DNA from: Anaeramoeba ignava BMAN
Lineage: Eukaryota > Protista > Anaeramoebae
NCBI GenBank assembly: GCA_028826165.1
Contig: JAPDFW010000136.1
Span: forward strand, 310,001-374,000
Length of the DNA: 64,000 nt
Direction: 5' to 3'
Part shown: positions 12,962-26,400 of the stretch, piece by piece
How the letters are laid out: the number at the start of each line of letters is the position of its first letter
Position numbering within the stretch: position 1 is the stretch's first letter
Position numbers and translations under genes: made by a program
The notes under the pieces: generated by a model
The model's database searches: none
Seen by the model: only the letters and a program-made list of their open reading frames with translations
What the model was told of the DNA's origin: nothing

Positions 12962-14548
12962 TTAGAATTTGAATTGAATCATTTTAAATTGAGCTAATTG
13001 AGATAAATTAATCATTTCAAGAGAAATCAAAGAATTTGAGAATTTTTGACTTGATTGAATTAAAATTTGTTTCAAAAAATTAAGTAAATTAAAAATGGAA
13101 GAAAAATCACCAATTTCTCTTGAAGGTCTTAAAAAGAAAAGAGTGAGATGAATCCATTTAATAAGAGAATCCAAAAAGGGTTCAATTGAAAGCATTTGTG
13201 TGAGTTTTTGAAGAAAAAGTGGTAAATAAATTGGATTAATATGTTTTTTGAAAATTTTCTTTTTAGGTTTTATCAATCGACAAAATTCATAAAGAAGATT
13301 TATATTGTTTGAATTTAAGCATGAAGAAAAAATGTAAGTGTATTCTTCTTTAGAGATTAATTTCTGTTTTAAGATTTCAACTGAAGTAATTTGATATTGA
13401 TTTTGAAATTGTAATTGATTTTGAAATTGATTTTGAAATTGATTTTGAAATTGATTTTGAAATTGATTTTGAAATTGATTTTGAAATTGATTTTGATATT
13501 GATTTTGATTTTGATATAAAGATTGTGATCTTCCAATTTCATATAATTTAGATACTTGTGATTCAATATTAGTAAAGCATTGATTCCAAAATTGTTGTGT
13601 ATATCCTCGAAAATTTTCAAATTGAAGATCTAAATTTTTTATCATTTCAAAATGAGAATTTGTTCCATTCAATTCATTCATTTTTTCATTTCTTTTTTTT
13701 GAAAATTCATTTAATAAATTCCTTTCATGTTTGGTAATTTCATTAGTGATTTGATCCGATATTATTTTATCAAAATATGCAAAGATTTCTGGATCCAAAA
13801 AGAGATTTGAAAAAAATTTGGAGATTAAAAATTGATGAAATTGATTTTCATTAAAGTAATTCAAAATCATTTTTGTTGTAATTCCTTTTATAAAATTTTC
13901 TGAATTTGCTTTTTTTTGAAATAATTCTGGAATTTGTTGACTAAGTATTTCTAAGTTTTTTTTTTGAAAAGAATTGTTCCATTCATTGAAAAATTTTTGA
14001 ATGTTTTTTTTTGCAAGTGAATATATTTGGTTTTGATTAAATTCTTTTTGAAAAAGAGAATTATTTATTGATTTTTGGGAGATTGCTGTTAAAATGCGAG
14101 ATTTTTCTGGATTTTTTTTGTTTGATTGTGGATTTAATTTTGCTTTTAATTCTTCATCAAAAGTGAGGAATTTTTGAATTTGATTTTGATTTTGATTTTG
14201 ATTTTGAATTTGATTTTGATTTTCATTTTGATTTTGATTTTGATTTTGAATTTGATTTTGATTTTCATTTTGATTTTGATTTTCATTTTCATTTTCAGAT
14301 GAATCAAATGGATTTTCAATTAAATTTGTTTCTTTTTTAGATTTCTTTTTAGATTCATTTTCATTTTCATTTTCATTTTCATTTTCATTTTCAGATGAAT
14401 CAAATGGATTTGAATTTGAATTTGATTCTGTTTCATTTTCAGATGAATTAAATGGATTTGAATTTGATTCTGATTCTGTTTCTGATTCTGTTTCTGATTC
14501 TTTTTTAGTTTCTTTTTTATTTTTTTGTTTTGAATTAAGACTTGTCAT
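12962..14548 (-). CDS. EDC4/Ge-1/Varicose C-terminal-domain-like protein with a low-complexity N-terminus
   Basis: C-terminal LISKEEYTYIFSSCLNSNNINLLYEFCRLIKP...LPLFLQKLTQML...KWIHLTLFFL resembles the Ge-1 C-terminal helical domain. It is preceded by a coiled-coil-like region. No WD40 repeats seen. Confidence 0.5.
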   Translation of the reverse strand: MTSLNSKQKNKKETKKESETESETESESNSNPFNSSENETESNSNSNPFDSSENENENENENENESKKKSKKETNLIENPFDSSENENENQNQNENQNQIQNQNQNQNENQNQIQNQNQNQNQIQKFLTFDEELKAKLNPQSNKKNPEKSRILTAISQKSINNSLFQKEFNQNQIYSLAKKNIQKFFNEWNNSFQKKNLEILSQQIPELFQKKANSENFIKGITTKMILNYFNENQFHQFLISKFFSNLFLDPEIFAYFDKIISDQITNEITKHERNLLNEFSKKRNEKMNELNGTNSHFEMIKNLDLQFENFRGYTQQFWNQCFTNIESQVSKLYEIGRSQSLYQNQNQYQNQFQNQFQNQFQNQFQNQFQNQFQNQLQFQNQYQITSVEILKQKLISKEEYTYIFSSCLNSNNINLLYEFCRLIKPKKKIFKKHINPIYLPLFLQKLTQMLSIEPFLDSLIKWIHLTLFFLRPSREIGDFSSIFNLLNFLKQILIQSSQKFSNSLISLEMINLSQLAQFKMIQFKF

Positions 14549-14669
14549 TTCAAATTATTTTTTTTTATAAAAAAAAGGAAAAAAATAAAAAAAAAATGAA
14601 AAAAAAAATTTTATTTCTAAAAAGAAAAGAAAAGAAAAGAAAAAAAGAAAAGAAGAATTTTCCGAATTA

Positions 14670-15250
14670 AATTTAATTGAATAATTTTATTTGAATAATT
14701 TTATTTAATTTTATTTGAATAATTTTATTTAAATTTAATTGAATAATTTTATTTAAATTTAATTGAATAATTTTATTTGAATTTAATTGAATAATTTTAA
14801 TTGAATTTATTTGAATAATTTTATTTAAATTTATTTGAATAATTTTAATTAAATTTAATTGAATAATTTTATTTAAATTTATTTGAATAATTTTAATTAA
14901 ATTTAATTGAATAATTTTATTTGAATTTTAATTGAATAATTTTATTTAAATTTAATTGAATAATTTTATTTAAATTTAATTTTGAATAATTTTATTTAAA
15001 TTTAATTGAATAATTTTAATTAAATTTAATTGAATAATTTTATTTAAATTTTAATTGAATAATTTTATTTAATTTTAATTGAATAATTTTAATTAAATTT
15101 AATTGAATAATTTTTATTTAAATTTAATTGAATAATTTTAATTAAATTTAATTGAATAATTTTAATTTAATTTTAATTGAATAATTTTATTTAAATTTAT
15201 TTGAATAATTTTATTTAATTTTATTTGAATAATTTTAATTGAATTTATTT
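14670..15250. repeat. ~20-21-bp AT-rich minisatellite (tttaattgaataattttat-type)
   Basis: Directly visible tandem copies. Confidence 0.85.
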
Positions 15251-15774
15251 GAATTTGTAATATTTTTTCAAATTGAATAATTTTCACATATTTGAATTTT
15301 TAATCTTTTGAATAATTTGGAAAGGATAAATAAGACTTATTTAAATTTAATTGAATAATTTTTCCATCAATTAAACTTTTCAAAAATTTGAATAATTTTT
15401 AAACAATTTAATTGAATAGGATTTTGATTCTTCTTTTATTTGAATAATTTTATAAATGCGTTTTTACATTGAATCTTTGAAAAATATTAATTTTTATAAA
15501 ATAGAATTATTTTGTGCCATATTGATGAATTTTTGATTTTTATTTTGATTTTGAATTTTTAGGGATATTAATTTTGAATTTTAATTTTGATTTTTAAAGC
15601 AATTTTAATTTTGATTTTTATTTTGATTTTGATTTTTTTCCATCAATCAAAACAACAATTTTAATTTTGAGGGAATAATTATTTTAATTTTGTTTTGATG
15701 CCTTTTTGATTTTAATTTTGATTTTGATTTTGATTTCTTTTTTTTTTGGATTTAACATTTTTGATTTTTAATTT

Positions 15775-18700
15775 CAATTCCATATTTTGGAACAAGAACT
15801 ATAAATGCGTTTTTACATTTTTAATTTTAAATTTTCTTTTAATTTTGATTTTTATTTTGATTTTAATGTGTTTAAATTTTAATTTTGATTTTCTTTTGAT
15901 TTTGATTTCGATTTTAATTTTTTTTAATTTTGATTTTGATTTTAATTTTGATTTTAATTTTAATTTTAAATTTTGATTTTAATTTTGATTTTTATTTTTA
16001 TTTTTTTAATTTTTTGATTTTTTATTTTTATTTTTTTGATTTTGATTTTTAATTTTAATTTTAATTTTAATTTTTAATTTTAATTTTAATTTTTAATTTT
16101 GATTTTAATTTTTAATTTTAATTTTGATTTTAATTTTAATTTTGATTTTGATTTTAATTTTGATTTTGATTTTGATTTTGATTTTGATTTTAATTTTATT
16201 TTTGATTTTGATTTTGATTTTTATTTTGATTTTGGTTTTGACTTTGAATTGGATTTTGATTTTTATTTTGATTTGGAATTTTATTTTGATTTTGATTTTG
16301 AATTGGATTTTGATTTTAATTTTAATTTTTATTTTAAATTTTGATTTTAATTTTGATTTTGATTTTAATTTTGATTTTAATTTTGATTTTGATTTTAATT
16401 TTGATTTTAATTTTAATTTTAATTTTAATTTTGAATTTTAATTTTAATTTTAATTTTGATTTTAATTTTGATTTTGATTTTAATTTTAATTTTGATTTTG
16501 ATTTTGATTTTGATTTTGATTTTAATTTTGATTTTCATTTTGATTTTGATTTTGATTTTAATTTTGATTTTGATTTTGATTTTGATTTTGATTTTGAAAT
16601 TAAAATACCTTTGCAAATTTCATGAACACTTTCTTTTCTTGTAAGTTTATCAGAAACAGCTTCAATATCCAAAGAAGAAGCCAACAAACGATGAACACAA
16701 ACATCAGCATATCTACGAATAGGGGAAGTAAAATGTGTATAAATAGGAGCAGCCAAACCAAAATGGAAGAAATCTTTATAATCAAGAGTACCTGAAGCAA
16801 AATAAACAGCTTGTGTCATAGATCTTGTTGTCAAAATACGCAAAAGCTTATTGAAATAAGGGTTATTTTTAATAATTGCTTTATCAAGAGATTTTGACAG
16901 GTTTTTAGGTGAAGAAATATCAAGAGATAAATTAAAATTCTCAAGTGATTTGAGTAGGTTATCAAACTGGGACTTAATTGGGGAAGGATGTCGCCGAAGT
17001 AACGCGCTTTGTGGAAAGTATTCAAAGATCCTTTCGGCGACTGATATGTTTGCAAGAAGCATAAATTCCTCCACTAAATGGTTTACTTCTTTATGTTGAT
17101 ATACTTCCACATCTAATGGCTCTTGCGTCTCGCTGTCCATGCTAAAATGTACCTCAGGTGATGCTAATGTTAATGCTCCAGCCTCTTTCCGTCTTTCTTC
17201 TAAATACTTAGATAATTTGTTTAATGTTCTTATTGATTCCGTTATTTCATCTTTCATTTTTGGATCGTCTTTTCGTAGTTGTGCTTCTCCATATGATAAT
17301 GCTGCTTTCGAACATATTACTGTTTTACCAAACCATGTTTGAATTATTTCTGCTTTTTCGTTTAGTTCCTTTTATTATTTTTTTTTTGAAAATTTTGAAA
17401 TTAAAATTAAAATTAAAATCGGATAAAAATTTGAAATAAAATTAAAATTGAAATTAAAATCGGATAAAAATTTGAAATAAAAAATTTACCCAAATAACTG
17501 AAAATGTTAACCGATCAATATTTTGATGAAGTGAACATAAATTTTCTCCAAATAATGGTGGTAACATATTAATTCTTCTATCTACAAGATATACTGTTGT
17601 TGATCTATTTGCTGCTTCAATATCAATTGGAGTTCCTTCTTTAACAAAATAAGAAACATCAGCAATATCTATAATAATAAGAATAACAATAACAATAATA
17701 ATAAAATTATCAAGGAATTCTTTTGTTTTTTTCTTTTGTTTTTTCTTTTGTTTTTTTAAAATAATATTGTCGCGAAATATCATTTTAAATTCTTTAAAGG
17801 ATACGCACTCCAACTTCATAATTTCCATTATCTAAATTTCTAACATGCAAACAATCATCAATATCTTTACAACCAGGAGGATCAATAGAAATAATACATA
17901 AATTTCTTAAATCTTTTCTTTTTGCAATTTCTTCTTGAGGAATTTGCCAATTTTCTTGTTCTAAAGGCAAACATTTGAGAACATCCTCACAAAATGATTC
18001 ATGAGGAACTTCATGTTCAATTAAAATAACTTCACTTTCCACTTCCTTATCACCAATGTCTCCTAATGTTTTAATATAATGACCATTAGGATATCTTGAG
18101 TTTCTTTCCCAAGAATCAATAACAACAACAATTCTCTTATTTAATAAAGCATCAACTTGTCTTGTTTTAATTCTTATTTTTGGAATCCTTTTTTCAACAG
18201 GAATAAATAATAAATTTTCAAATCTTCCTCCTTGTTTTAAAAAGACTTGATCTAATTGAATTGATCCACAATATTGTCTCCAATTTCTTTTAATGATTCC
18301 AACAATTTTTGCTGATTGGAGTTGTGATTTACGATTTTTGTTGTTATTCTGATTTTGATTTTTATTTAAATTTAAATTTAAATTTTCTTCCGTTTCTTCT
18401 TTTTCTTTTTCTTGATATTTTTCAATCATAATATCTTCATCTTCTTCATTTGTATGTTCAATAATTTTAGAAGAAAGTGATACTTTTTGATCTTTTGGAA
18501 ATAATTCAATTGCAACAATATCTCTATCCACTGCTCTATTAATATTTTTTCTTCCTTGAATTATAAAACTTTCTTCATATCCTTCACAATTAACAAATGC
18601 TTCATAAAAATTATTTGGATTAATATGTATTGTTCCTTGGTAATATTTTCCTTTTGAAATTCCTTCAAAAATTTCTTTTTTTGTAAGATGTTGAGGATAT

Positions 18701-19473
18701 AAAAAATTTTCTTGATTTTCTTTATTATCTTTATTTTCTTTATTATCTTTATTATCTTTTTCGATATTCATATTTTTTTCTGATTTTTGTGGTTCTACGA
18801 GCATATCAACAAATTCTGGATAATTTTTTAAACGAGAAGCATATTGATAAACTATTTTATTTTTTTAAAATTTGAATTGAATATTAATTTAAAATTTGAT
18901 TTAAATATTAATTTTAAAAAAAGAATAACTACTTGTCTCTGAAAAAATTCCTTCATCTTGAGCTTTTTTCAAATTTTCCAAATCATTTGTAATAAAAACA
19001 ATTTTAATTTTCTGATTAAAAACATTTGTATAAAGAGAAGCAGCTTTACGGATCGCTCTTTGATTACGAGCAAAAGGGGATTCACCTGTGATAGAATGAA
19101 CATAAGAAAGACGATGATGTTCATTTGAAAAGACAAAAAAATGTCTATTAGGATCTGAAATAACTTTTCTGATTCTCCTATAAGTATTAATGCTTGAAAG
19201 CCTAATTGAATCAAGAACAGTTTGAAGAATAACAACATTTTGTAAAGCGTTGGAATTTTCTATTGCGTCCATTTGATGCATTATAATGTCTGTATCTAAA
19301 ATCAAATATTCTTCTGCTTCTTTTAATAGTGGTTTATGTTCGGGTTTGTATTCTCCTGTTTGAGTAATTAATTCACTTCCAAATCCAATGTCATCTCGTA
19401 AATAATGTTCTTTTACAACTCTTAATACATTCCCTCGTTTTGTTTTTTTTAATATTGTTTTGGAATAATGCAT
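15775..19473 (-). CDS. DIS3: Exosome catalytic subunit DIS3/RRP44 (3' end garbled in this assembly)
   Basis: Exons 19473-18933, 18851-17805, 17668-17490 and 17368-16609. Motifs: [11 protein letters not shown] domain, [48 protein letters not shown]. An S1-domain remnant [14 protein letters not shown] lies at ~15775-15815. Confidence 0.92.
15830..16600. repeat. (TTTTGA/TTTTAA)n hexamer repeat in a DIS3 intron
   Basis: Directly visible. It is the source of the spurious FDFD/ILIL ORFs. Confidence 0.85.
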
Positions 19474-19729
19474 TTTTTGTTTTTTATTTTTGAATGAAAA
19501 AAATGAAAAAAATGAAAAAAATGAAAAAAATGAAAAAAATGAAAAAATGAAAAAATGAAATTGAAAATGAATTTGAAATTAATTTTGATTTTGATTTTTG
19601 AAATTGAAATTGATTTTGATTTTGGAAATTAAATCAATTTTGAAATCGAAATGGAAATTGATTTTGATTTTGGAAATTAATTTAAAATTAAATCAATTTC
19701 GAAATGGAAATTGATTTTGATTTTGGAAA

Positions 19730-22700
19730 TTAATTTAAAATTAAATCAATTCTTGAATTTGGATTTAATTGATAATAATCTCGAATTTCTTTTAGTTCTT
19801 TAATCATTTCATTGGAAATTTCTTTTGTTTCTTTTTCAAATTTATCATGATAAAGGAAATAAATTAATTCTTGAATTGTTTCAAATGATTTTCCTGAATA
19901 ATCATGAACTTGATTAGATGAATCTTGAACACTTAAAAACATCCCTTTGTATAATTCACTTCTTAATACTAATATTAATTTATGAACTTTAATTTCTTTT
20001 TCTTTTTCTTTTTCTTTTTCATCTCCAATAATTATTGTGAAATCTTTTGTTGATTCTTCTTGATATAATTTGGATAAATCTTTTATTATTCCATTTCTTC
20101 CTTTTTTTAATTCAATCCAATTTAAATCAAATCCAATTTCTTTGAAAAATTCTTCAACTTTATTTTCTTTTTCTTTTTGATTTTCAATAATTCTTTTTGT
20201 TGTTCTTTCTTTTAGATTTTGATAAATTTCTTGAAAATCAGAAAATCCAGTATAAATGAAATTTAAAGCAATTTGAACTTCTTCTTTTGATTTTTGTGAA
20301 CAAATATTGATAAACTTTTTTAAAATTGTTTTGTTATTATCAAATCTTGTTAAAAGTATTAATTTGTGAACATTAAATTTGAAACCATCAATTGATTGAA
20401 TTTGATAATCTGAAAAATTTTCATTTGAATTCAATAATTGATTCATATCTTGATTAATTGAATAAAATTTTGAGAATATTCTAATAAATTGATCTGTGAT
20501 TTCTTTTTCTTCCAAAATAAGAACATTTGCATTATTCATTAACATCAATTCAACCAAATCTACTCTATGTCTACCAACGAACATTGAAAGAGGTGTTTGA
20601 TGAATGTATGTTGTTTGTTTTGCTTTTACATTAATATCGGCTCCTTTTTCAATAAGAAATTTGATTAGTTTAAAAGATGGATTTGGTTTAATAGAAACCA
20701 AATAGAAAGCTGTTTTGTTTTCTTTTCTTGTTTTTGCATTAATATCAATTCCTTTTTCAATCAATAATTTGATAATTTCAAATGACTGATTTGAATTTTC
20801 ACAAGCAAAATGTAAAGCTGTTTCGTTTTCATTTCTTGTTTTTGCATTAATATCAATTCCTTTTTCAATCAATAATTTGATAATTTCAATTGTATTTGGA
20901 TTTTTATTTTGGCAAACAATATGTAAAGCTGTTTCGTTTTCATCTCTTGTTTTTGCATTAATATCAATTCCTTTTTCAATCAATAATTTGATAATTTCAA
21001 ATGATGGATTTGGATTTTGGCAAGCAAAATGTAATGCTGTAATGAGATAAAAATTTTTTGCATTAATATTCATTCCTTTTTCAATCAGATATTTGATAAT
21101 TTCAAATAAAGTTGTATTTGGATTTTTATTTTGACAAAGAATATGTAAGGGTGTTTGGTATAAAAACCCTTCTTGAACATTAATATCAATTCCTTTTTCA
21201 ATCAATAATTTGATAATTTCAAATGATGGATTTGAATTTTGGCAAGCAAAATGTAAAGCAGTTAGTCCATTGTCTGTTTTTTCATTAATATCAATTCCTT
21301 TTTCAATCAATAATTTAATAGTTTCAATTGAATTTGGATTTGGGTTTTGGCAAGCAAAATGTAAAGCTGTTTCATTCTTATCTGTTTTTGAATTAATATC
21401 AATTCCTTTTTCAATCAATAATTTAATAGTTTCAATTGAGTCTGGATTTGGGTTTTGGCAAGCAAAATGTAAAGCTGTTTCATTCTTATCTTGTTTTTGC
21501 ATTAATATCAATTCCTTTTTCAATCAACAATTTGATAATATCAATTGAATTTGAATTTGGGTTTTGGCAAGCAAAATGTAAAGCTGTTTCATTTTTATCT
21601 GTTTTTGAATTAATATCAATCCCTTTTTCAATCAATAATTTAATAGTTTTAATTGAATTTGGATTTGAATTAATATCAATCCCTTTTTCAATCAATCAAT
21701 TTAATTTGGCAAGCAATAAAAGCTGTTTCATTCTTATCTGTTTTTTCATTAATATCAATCCCTTTTTCAATCAATAATTTGATAGTTTCAATTGAATCTG
21801 AATTTGGGTTTTGGCAAGCAAAATGTAAAGCTGTTTCATTCTTATCTGTTTTTGAATTAATATCAATTCCTTTTTCAATCAATAATTTAATAGTTTCAAT
21901 TGAATTTGGATTTGGGTTTTGGCAAGCAAAATGTAAAGCTGTTTCATTTTTATCTGTTTTTGAATTAATATCAATTCCTTTTTCAATCAATAATTTGATA
22001 ATTTCAATTGAATCTGGATTTGGGTTTTGGCAAGCAAAATGTAAAGCTTTTTCATTTTTATCTGTTTTTGAATTAATATCAATCCCTTTTTCAATCAATA
22101 ATTTGATAGTTTCAATTGAATTTGAATTTGGGTTTTGGCAAGCAAAATGTAAAGCTGTTTCATTCTTATCTGTTTTTGAATTAATATCAATCCCTTTTTC
22201 AATCAATAATTTGATAGTTTCAATTGAATCTGAATTTGGGTTTTGGCAAGCAAAATGTAAAGCAGTTCCGTTCTTATCTGTTTTTTCATTAATATCAATT
22301 CCTTTTTCAATCAATAATTTGATAATTTCAAATGAATCTGGATTTTTATTTTGGCAAGCAAAATGTAAAGCTGTTTCATTCTTATCTGTTTTTTCATTAA
22401 TATCAATTCCTTTTTCAATCAATAATTTGATAATTTCAATTGAATTTGGATTTTTATTTTGGCAAGTAAAATGTAAAGCTGTTTCATTCTTATCTGTTTT
22501 TTCATTAATATCAATCCCTTTTTCAATCAATAATTTAATAGTTTCAATTGAATTTGAATTTGGGTTTTGGCAAGCAAAATGTAAAGCAGTTCCGTTCTTA
22601 TCTGTTTTTGAATTAATATCAATTCCTTTTTCAATCAATAATTTGATAATTTCAATTGAATTTGGATTTGGGTTTTGGAAAAGAAGAATTAAAGCTGATT

Positions 22701-23115
22701 GGCCAAGAAATTTTGCATTGATATCAATTCCTTTTTCAATCAATAATTTGATAATTTCAATTGAATTTGAATTTGGGTTTTCACAAACAATATGAAGAGC
22801 TGATTTTTTTAAGATCAACACGGGCATTTGTGCATTAATATCAATTCCTTTTTCAATCAATAATTTAATAGTTTCAACTGAATTTGGATTTGGGTTTTGA
22901 CAAACAATATGAAGGGCTGTTTTACCGTAATTTCCTTTTTCGACAAGATCGATTCCTTTTTCAAGTAAAACTTGGATAATTTCTTTTGGAACTTTTTTTT
23001 CGATCGCAAAATGTAAAATGGATTTGTTTTCTTTTACTAATTCATTTTCTGGAATGGTTTCAATTTGATGTAAGTAGTCAATGTTGTTTTCTTCAATAGC
23101 TTTCCAGATATTCAT
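19730..23115 (-). CDS. Intronless ankyrin-repeat (~20+ repeats) + BTB protein, paralog A, with apparent frameshifts
   Basis: ORFs 21688-23115, 21486-21695 and 19730-21523 join end to end. Near-identical 108-nt (36-aa) repeats KTDKNETALHFACQNPN..SIE.IKLLIEKGIDIN. C-terminal BTB motifs VHKLILLTR and VHKLILVLRSELYKGMF. Confidence 0.85.
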
Positions 23116-23459
23116 TTGAGGAAAAAAAATGAGGAAAAAAAAATTTGGAAAAAAATTAAAAAAAAAAAATTAAACAAACGAAAAAAAAAAACGTGGAAAG
23201 AAATTTAAAAGAAATTTAAAAGAAAATTAAAAGAAATTTAAAAGAAAATTAAAAGAAAATTAAAAGAAAATTAAATTGAAAATTAAATTGAAAATTAAAT
23301 TGAAAATTAAATTGAAAATTAAATTGAAATTTAAATTGAAAATTAAATTGAAAATTAAATTGAAAATTTAAAAGAAATTTAAAAGAAAATTAAAAAGAAA
23401 ATTAAATTGAAATTTAAATTGAAATTTAAAAGAAATTTAAAAGAAAATTAAATTGAAAA

Positions 23460-26400
23460 TTAAAACCAAGAAATCAATCTCTTTAAAATTAAATCAATTC
23501 TTGAATTTGGATTTAATTGATAATAATCTTTAACATCTTTTAGTTCTTTAATCATTTCATTGGAAATTTCTTTTGTTTTTTTTTCAAATTTATCATGATA
23601 AAGAAAATAAATTAATTCTTGAATTGTTTCAAATGATTTTCCTGAATAATCATGAACTTGATTAGATGAATCTTGAACACTTAAAAACATCCCTTTGTAT
23701 AATTCACTTCTTAATACTAATATTAACTTATGAACTTTAATTTCTTTTTCTTTTTCTTTTTCTTTTTCATCTCCAATAATTATTGTGAAATCTTTTGTTG
23801 ATTCTTCTTGATATAATTTGGATAAATCTTTTATTATTCCATTTCTTCCTTTTTTTAATTCAATCCAATTTAAATCAAATCCAATTTCTTTGAAAAATTC
23901 TTCAACTTTATTTTCTTTTTCTTTTTGATTTTCAATAATTCTTTTTGTTGTTCTTTCTTTTAGGTTTTGATAAATTTCTTGAAAATCAGAAAATCCAGTA
24001 TAAATGAAATTTAAAGCAATTTGAACTTCTTCTTTTGATTTTTGTGAACAAATATTGATAAACTTCTCTAAAGTTGTTTTGTTATTATCAAATCTTGTTA
24101 AAAGTATTAATTTGTGAACATTAAATTTGAAACCATCAATTGATTGAATTTGATAATCTGAAAAATTTTCATTTGAATTCAATAATTGATTCATATCTTG
24201 ATTAATTGAATAAATTTGTGTGAACATTTCAATAAATTGATCTGTGATTCGGTTTTCTTCCAAAATAAGAACATTTACATTATTCATTAACATCAATTCA
24301 ACCAAATCATCCCTGTATTTATCAATTAATATTGAGAGAGGTGTTTGATAAAATGATTTTGTTGCTTTTGCATTAATATCGGCTCCTTTTTCAATAAGAA
24401 ATTTGATAACTTTGTAGGATAACTCTTTAATTTCACAAGCGAAATAAAGGGCTGTTTTATTTTCATTTGTTTTTGCATTAATATCAATTCCCTTTTCAAT
24501 AAGAAATTTGATAAGTTTAAATGATTGATCATAATTTTCACAAGCAAAATGTAAAGCTGTTTTGTTTTCATTTATTGTTTTTGCATGAATATCAATTCCT
24601 TTTTCAATCAATAATTTGGCAATTTTAAATGAGGATGAGCACGAACTTTTACAAATACAATGTAAAGGTGTTTCATTATCTGATGTTTTTGCATTAACAT
24701 CTGCTCCTTTTTCAATTAATAATTTGACAATTTCAAATGATGGATTTATATTTTCACAAGCAAAATGTAATGCAGTCCTTTTATATTTTGTTTTGGAATT
24801 GATATCAATTCCACTTTCAATAAAGCATTTGACAAGTTCAAGAGAATTTGAATATCGACAAACTGTATAGAAAGAGAATATATTTAAATCGTTTGTCGAG
24901 GCAATATCTCTTGGTTTTTGAATAAACAATTTCGTAATTTCAAGTGGTGAATTATGTTTGTGACAAAGAATTTGTAAAGGTGTTTGACGTATAAACCCTC
25001 CTCCGGAATTAATATCAATTCCACTTTCAATCAATAATTTGATAACTTCAAATGATGGACGTAAATTTGGATTTGCTTCTTCACAAATAGTATATAAAGC
25101 TGTTGCATTGCCTTTTTTTTTCGCATTAATATCAATTCCCTTTTCAATCAATAATTTGATAACTTCAACTGAATTTGGATTTGGGTTTTGGCAAACAAAA
25201 TGTAAAGCTGTTTCATTGTACCTTTTTTTCGCATTAATATCAATCCCCTTTTCAATCAATAATTTGATAACTTCAAATGAATTTGGATTTGGGTTTTGGC
25301 AAACAAAATGTAAAGCAGTTAGTCCATTGTCTGTTTGTGCATTAATATTAATTCCTTTTTCAATTAAATATTTGACAATTTCGAATGAATTTGGATTTAT
25401 ATTTTGGCAAGCTAAATGTAAAGGAGTTTTATACCAATATACTTTGCCTTTGATATCAATTCCCTTTTCAATCAATAATTTGATAATTTCAAATGAGGAA
25501 TTTGGATTTTGGAGAGCAAAATGTAATGCAGTTTCATTCTTTATAATTTGTTTCTGGATTAATATCAATTCCCTTTTCAATCAATAATTTGATAACTTCA
25601 AATGAGGGATTTATGATTTTGGAGAGCAAAATGTAACACAGTTTCATTCTTATTTGTTTTTGCATTAATATCAATTCCTTTTTCAATCAATAATTTGATA
25701 GTTTCAAATGATGTATTTGGATTTTCACAAGCAAAATGTAATGCAGTTTGATTTAGATTTGTTTTTGAATTAATATCAATTCCTTTTTCAATCAATAATT
25801 TTGATAATATCAAATGATGTATTTGGATTTTCGCAAATGAAATGTAAATGCAGTTTTATAAAAATAATCTGTTTTTGAATTAATATCAATTCCCTTTTCA
25901 ATCAATAATTTGATAATATCAAATGAGGAATTTGGATTTTCGCAAACAAAATGTAAAGCAGTTTGATTTAGATTTGTTTTTGCATTAATATCAATTCCCT
26001 TTTCAATCAATAATTTGATAATATCAAATGATGTATTTGGATTTTCGCAAGCAAAATGTAATGCAGTTTGATTTAGATTTGTTTTTGCATGAATATCAAT
26101 TCCTTTTTCAATCAATAATTTAATAGTTTCAAATGATGTATTTGGATTTTCACAAGCAAAATGTAAATGCAGTTCTTTTATCTTTTGTTTTTGAATTAAT
26201 ATCAATTCCCTTTTCAATCAATAATTTAATAATATCAAATGAGGAATTTGGATTTTCACAAAGAATATCTAATGTAGTTTGATTTAGATTTGTTTTTGAA
26301 TTAATATCAATTCCTTTTTCAATTAATAATTTAATAGTTTCAAATGATAAATTTGGATTTTCGCAAATGAAGTGTAATGCATTTCTTTCATAATGATCTA

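Noticed and set aside
15240-15830. Scrambled DIS3 3' fragments ([14 protein letters not shown] at ~15775-15815, a duplicate tataaatgcgtttttaca near 15451, NMAQ-like near 15512) suggesting gene scrambling
   Set aside because: The fragments are blended with the flanking repeats and out of order. This fits a bad consensus between two low-complexity tracts better than real biology; it needs read-level checking.
15746-16644. ORFs of ILILIL/FDFDFD/KIKIKI type here and at 28934-29791, 50225-52714 and 61413-61709
   Set aside because: They are stop-free readings of hexamer repeats or antisense/alternate frames of real coding repeats.
21210-25587. Long plus-strand ORFs (e.g. 21779-22795, 25039-25587)
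   Set aside because: They are antisense shadows of the ankyrin repeat arrays.
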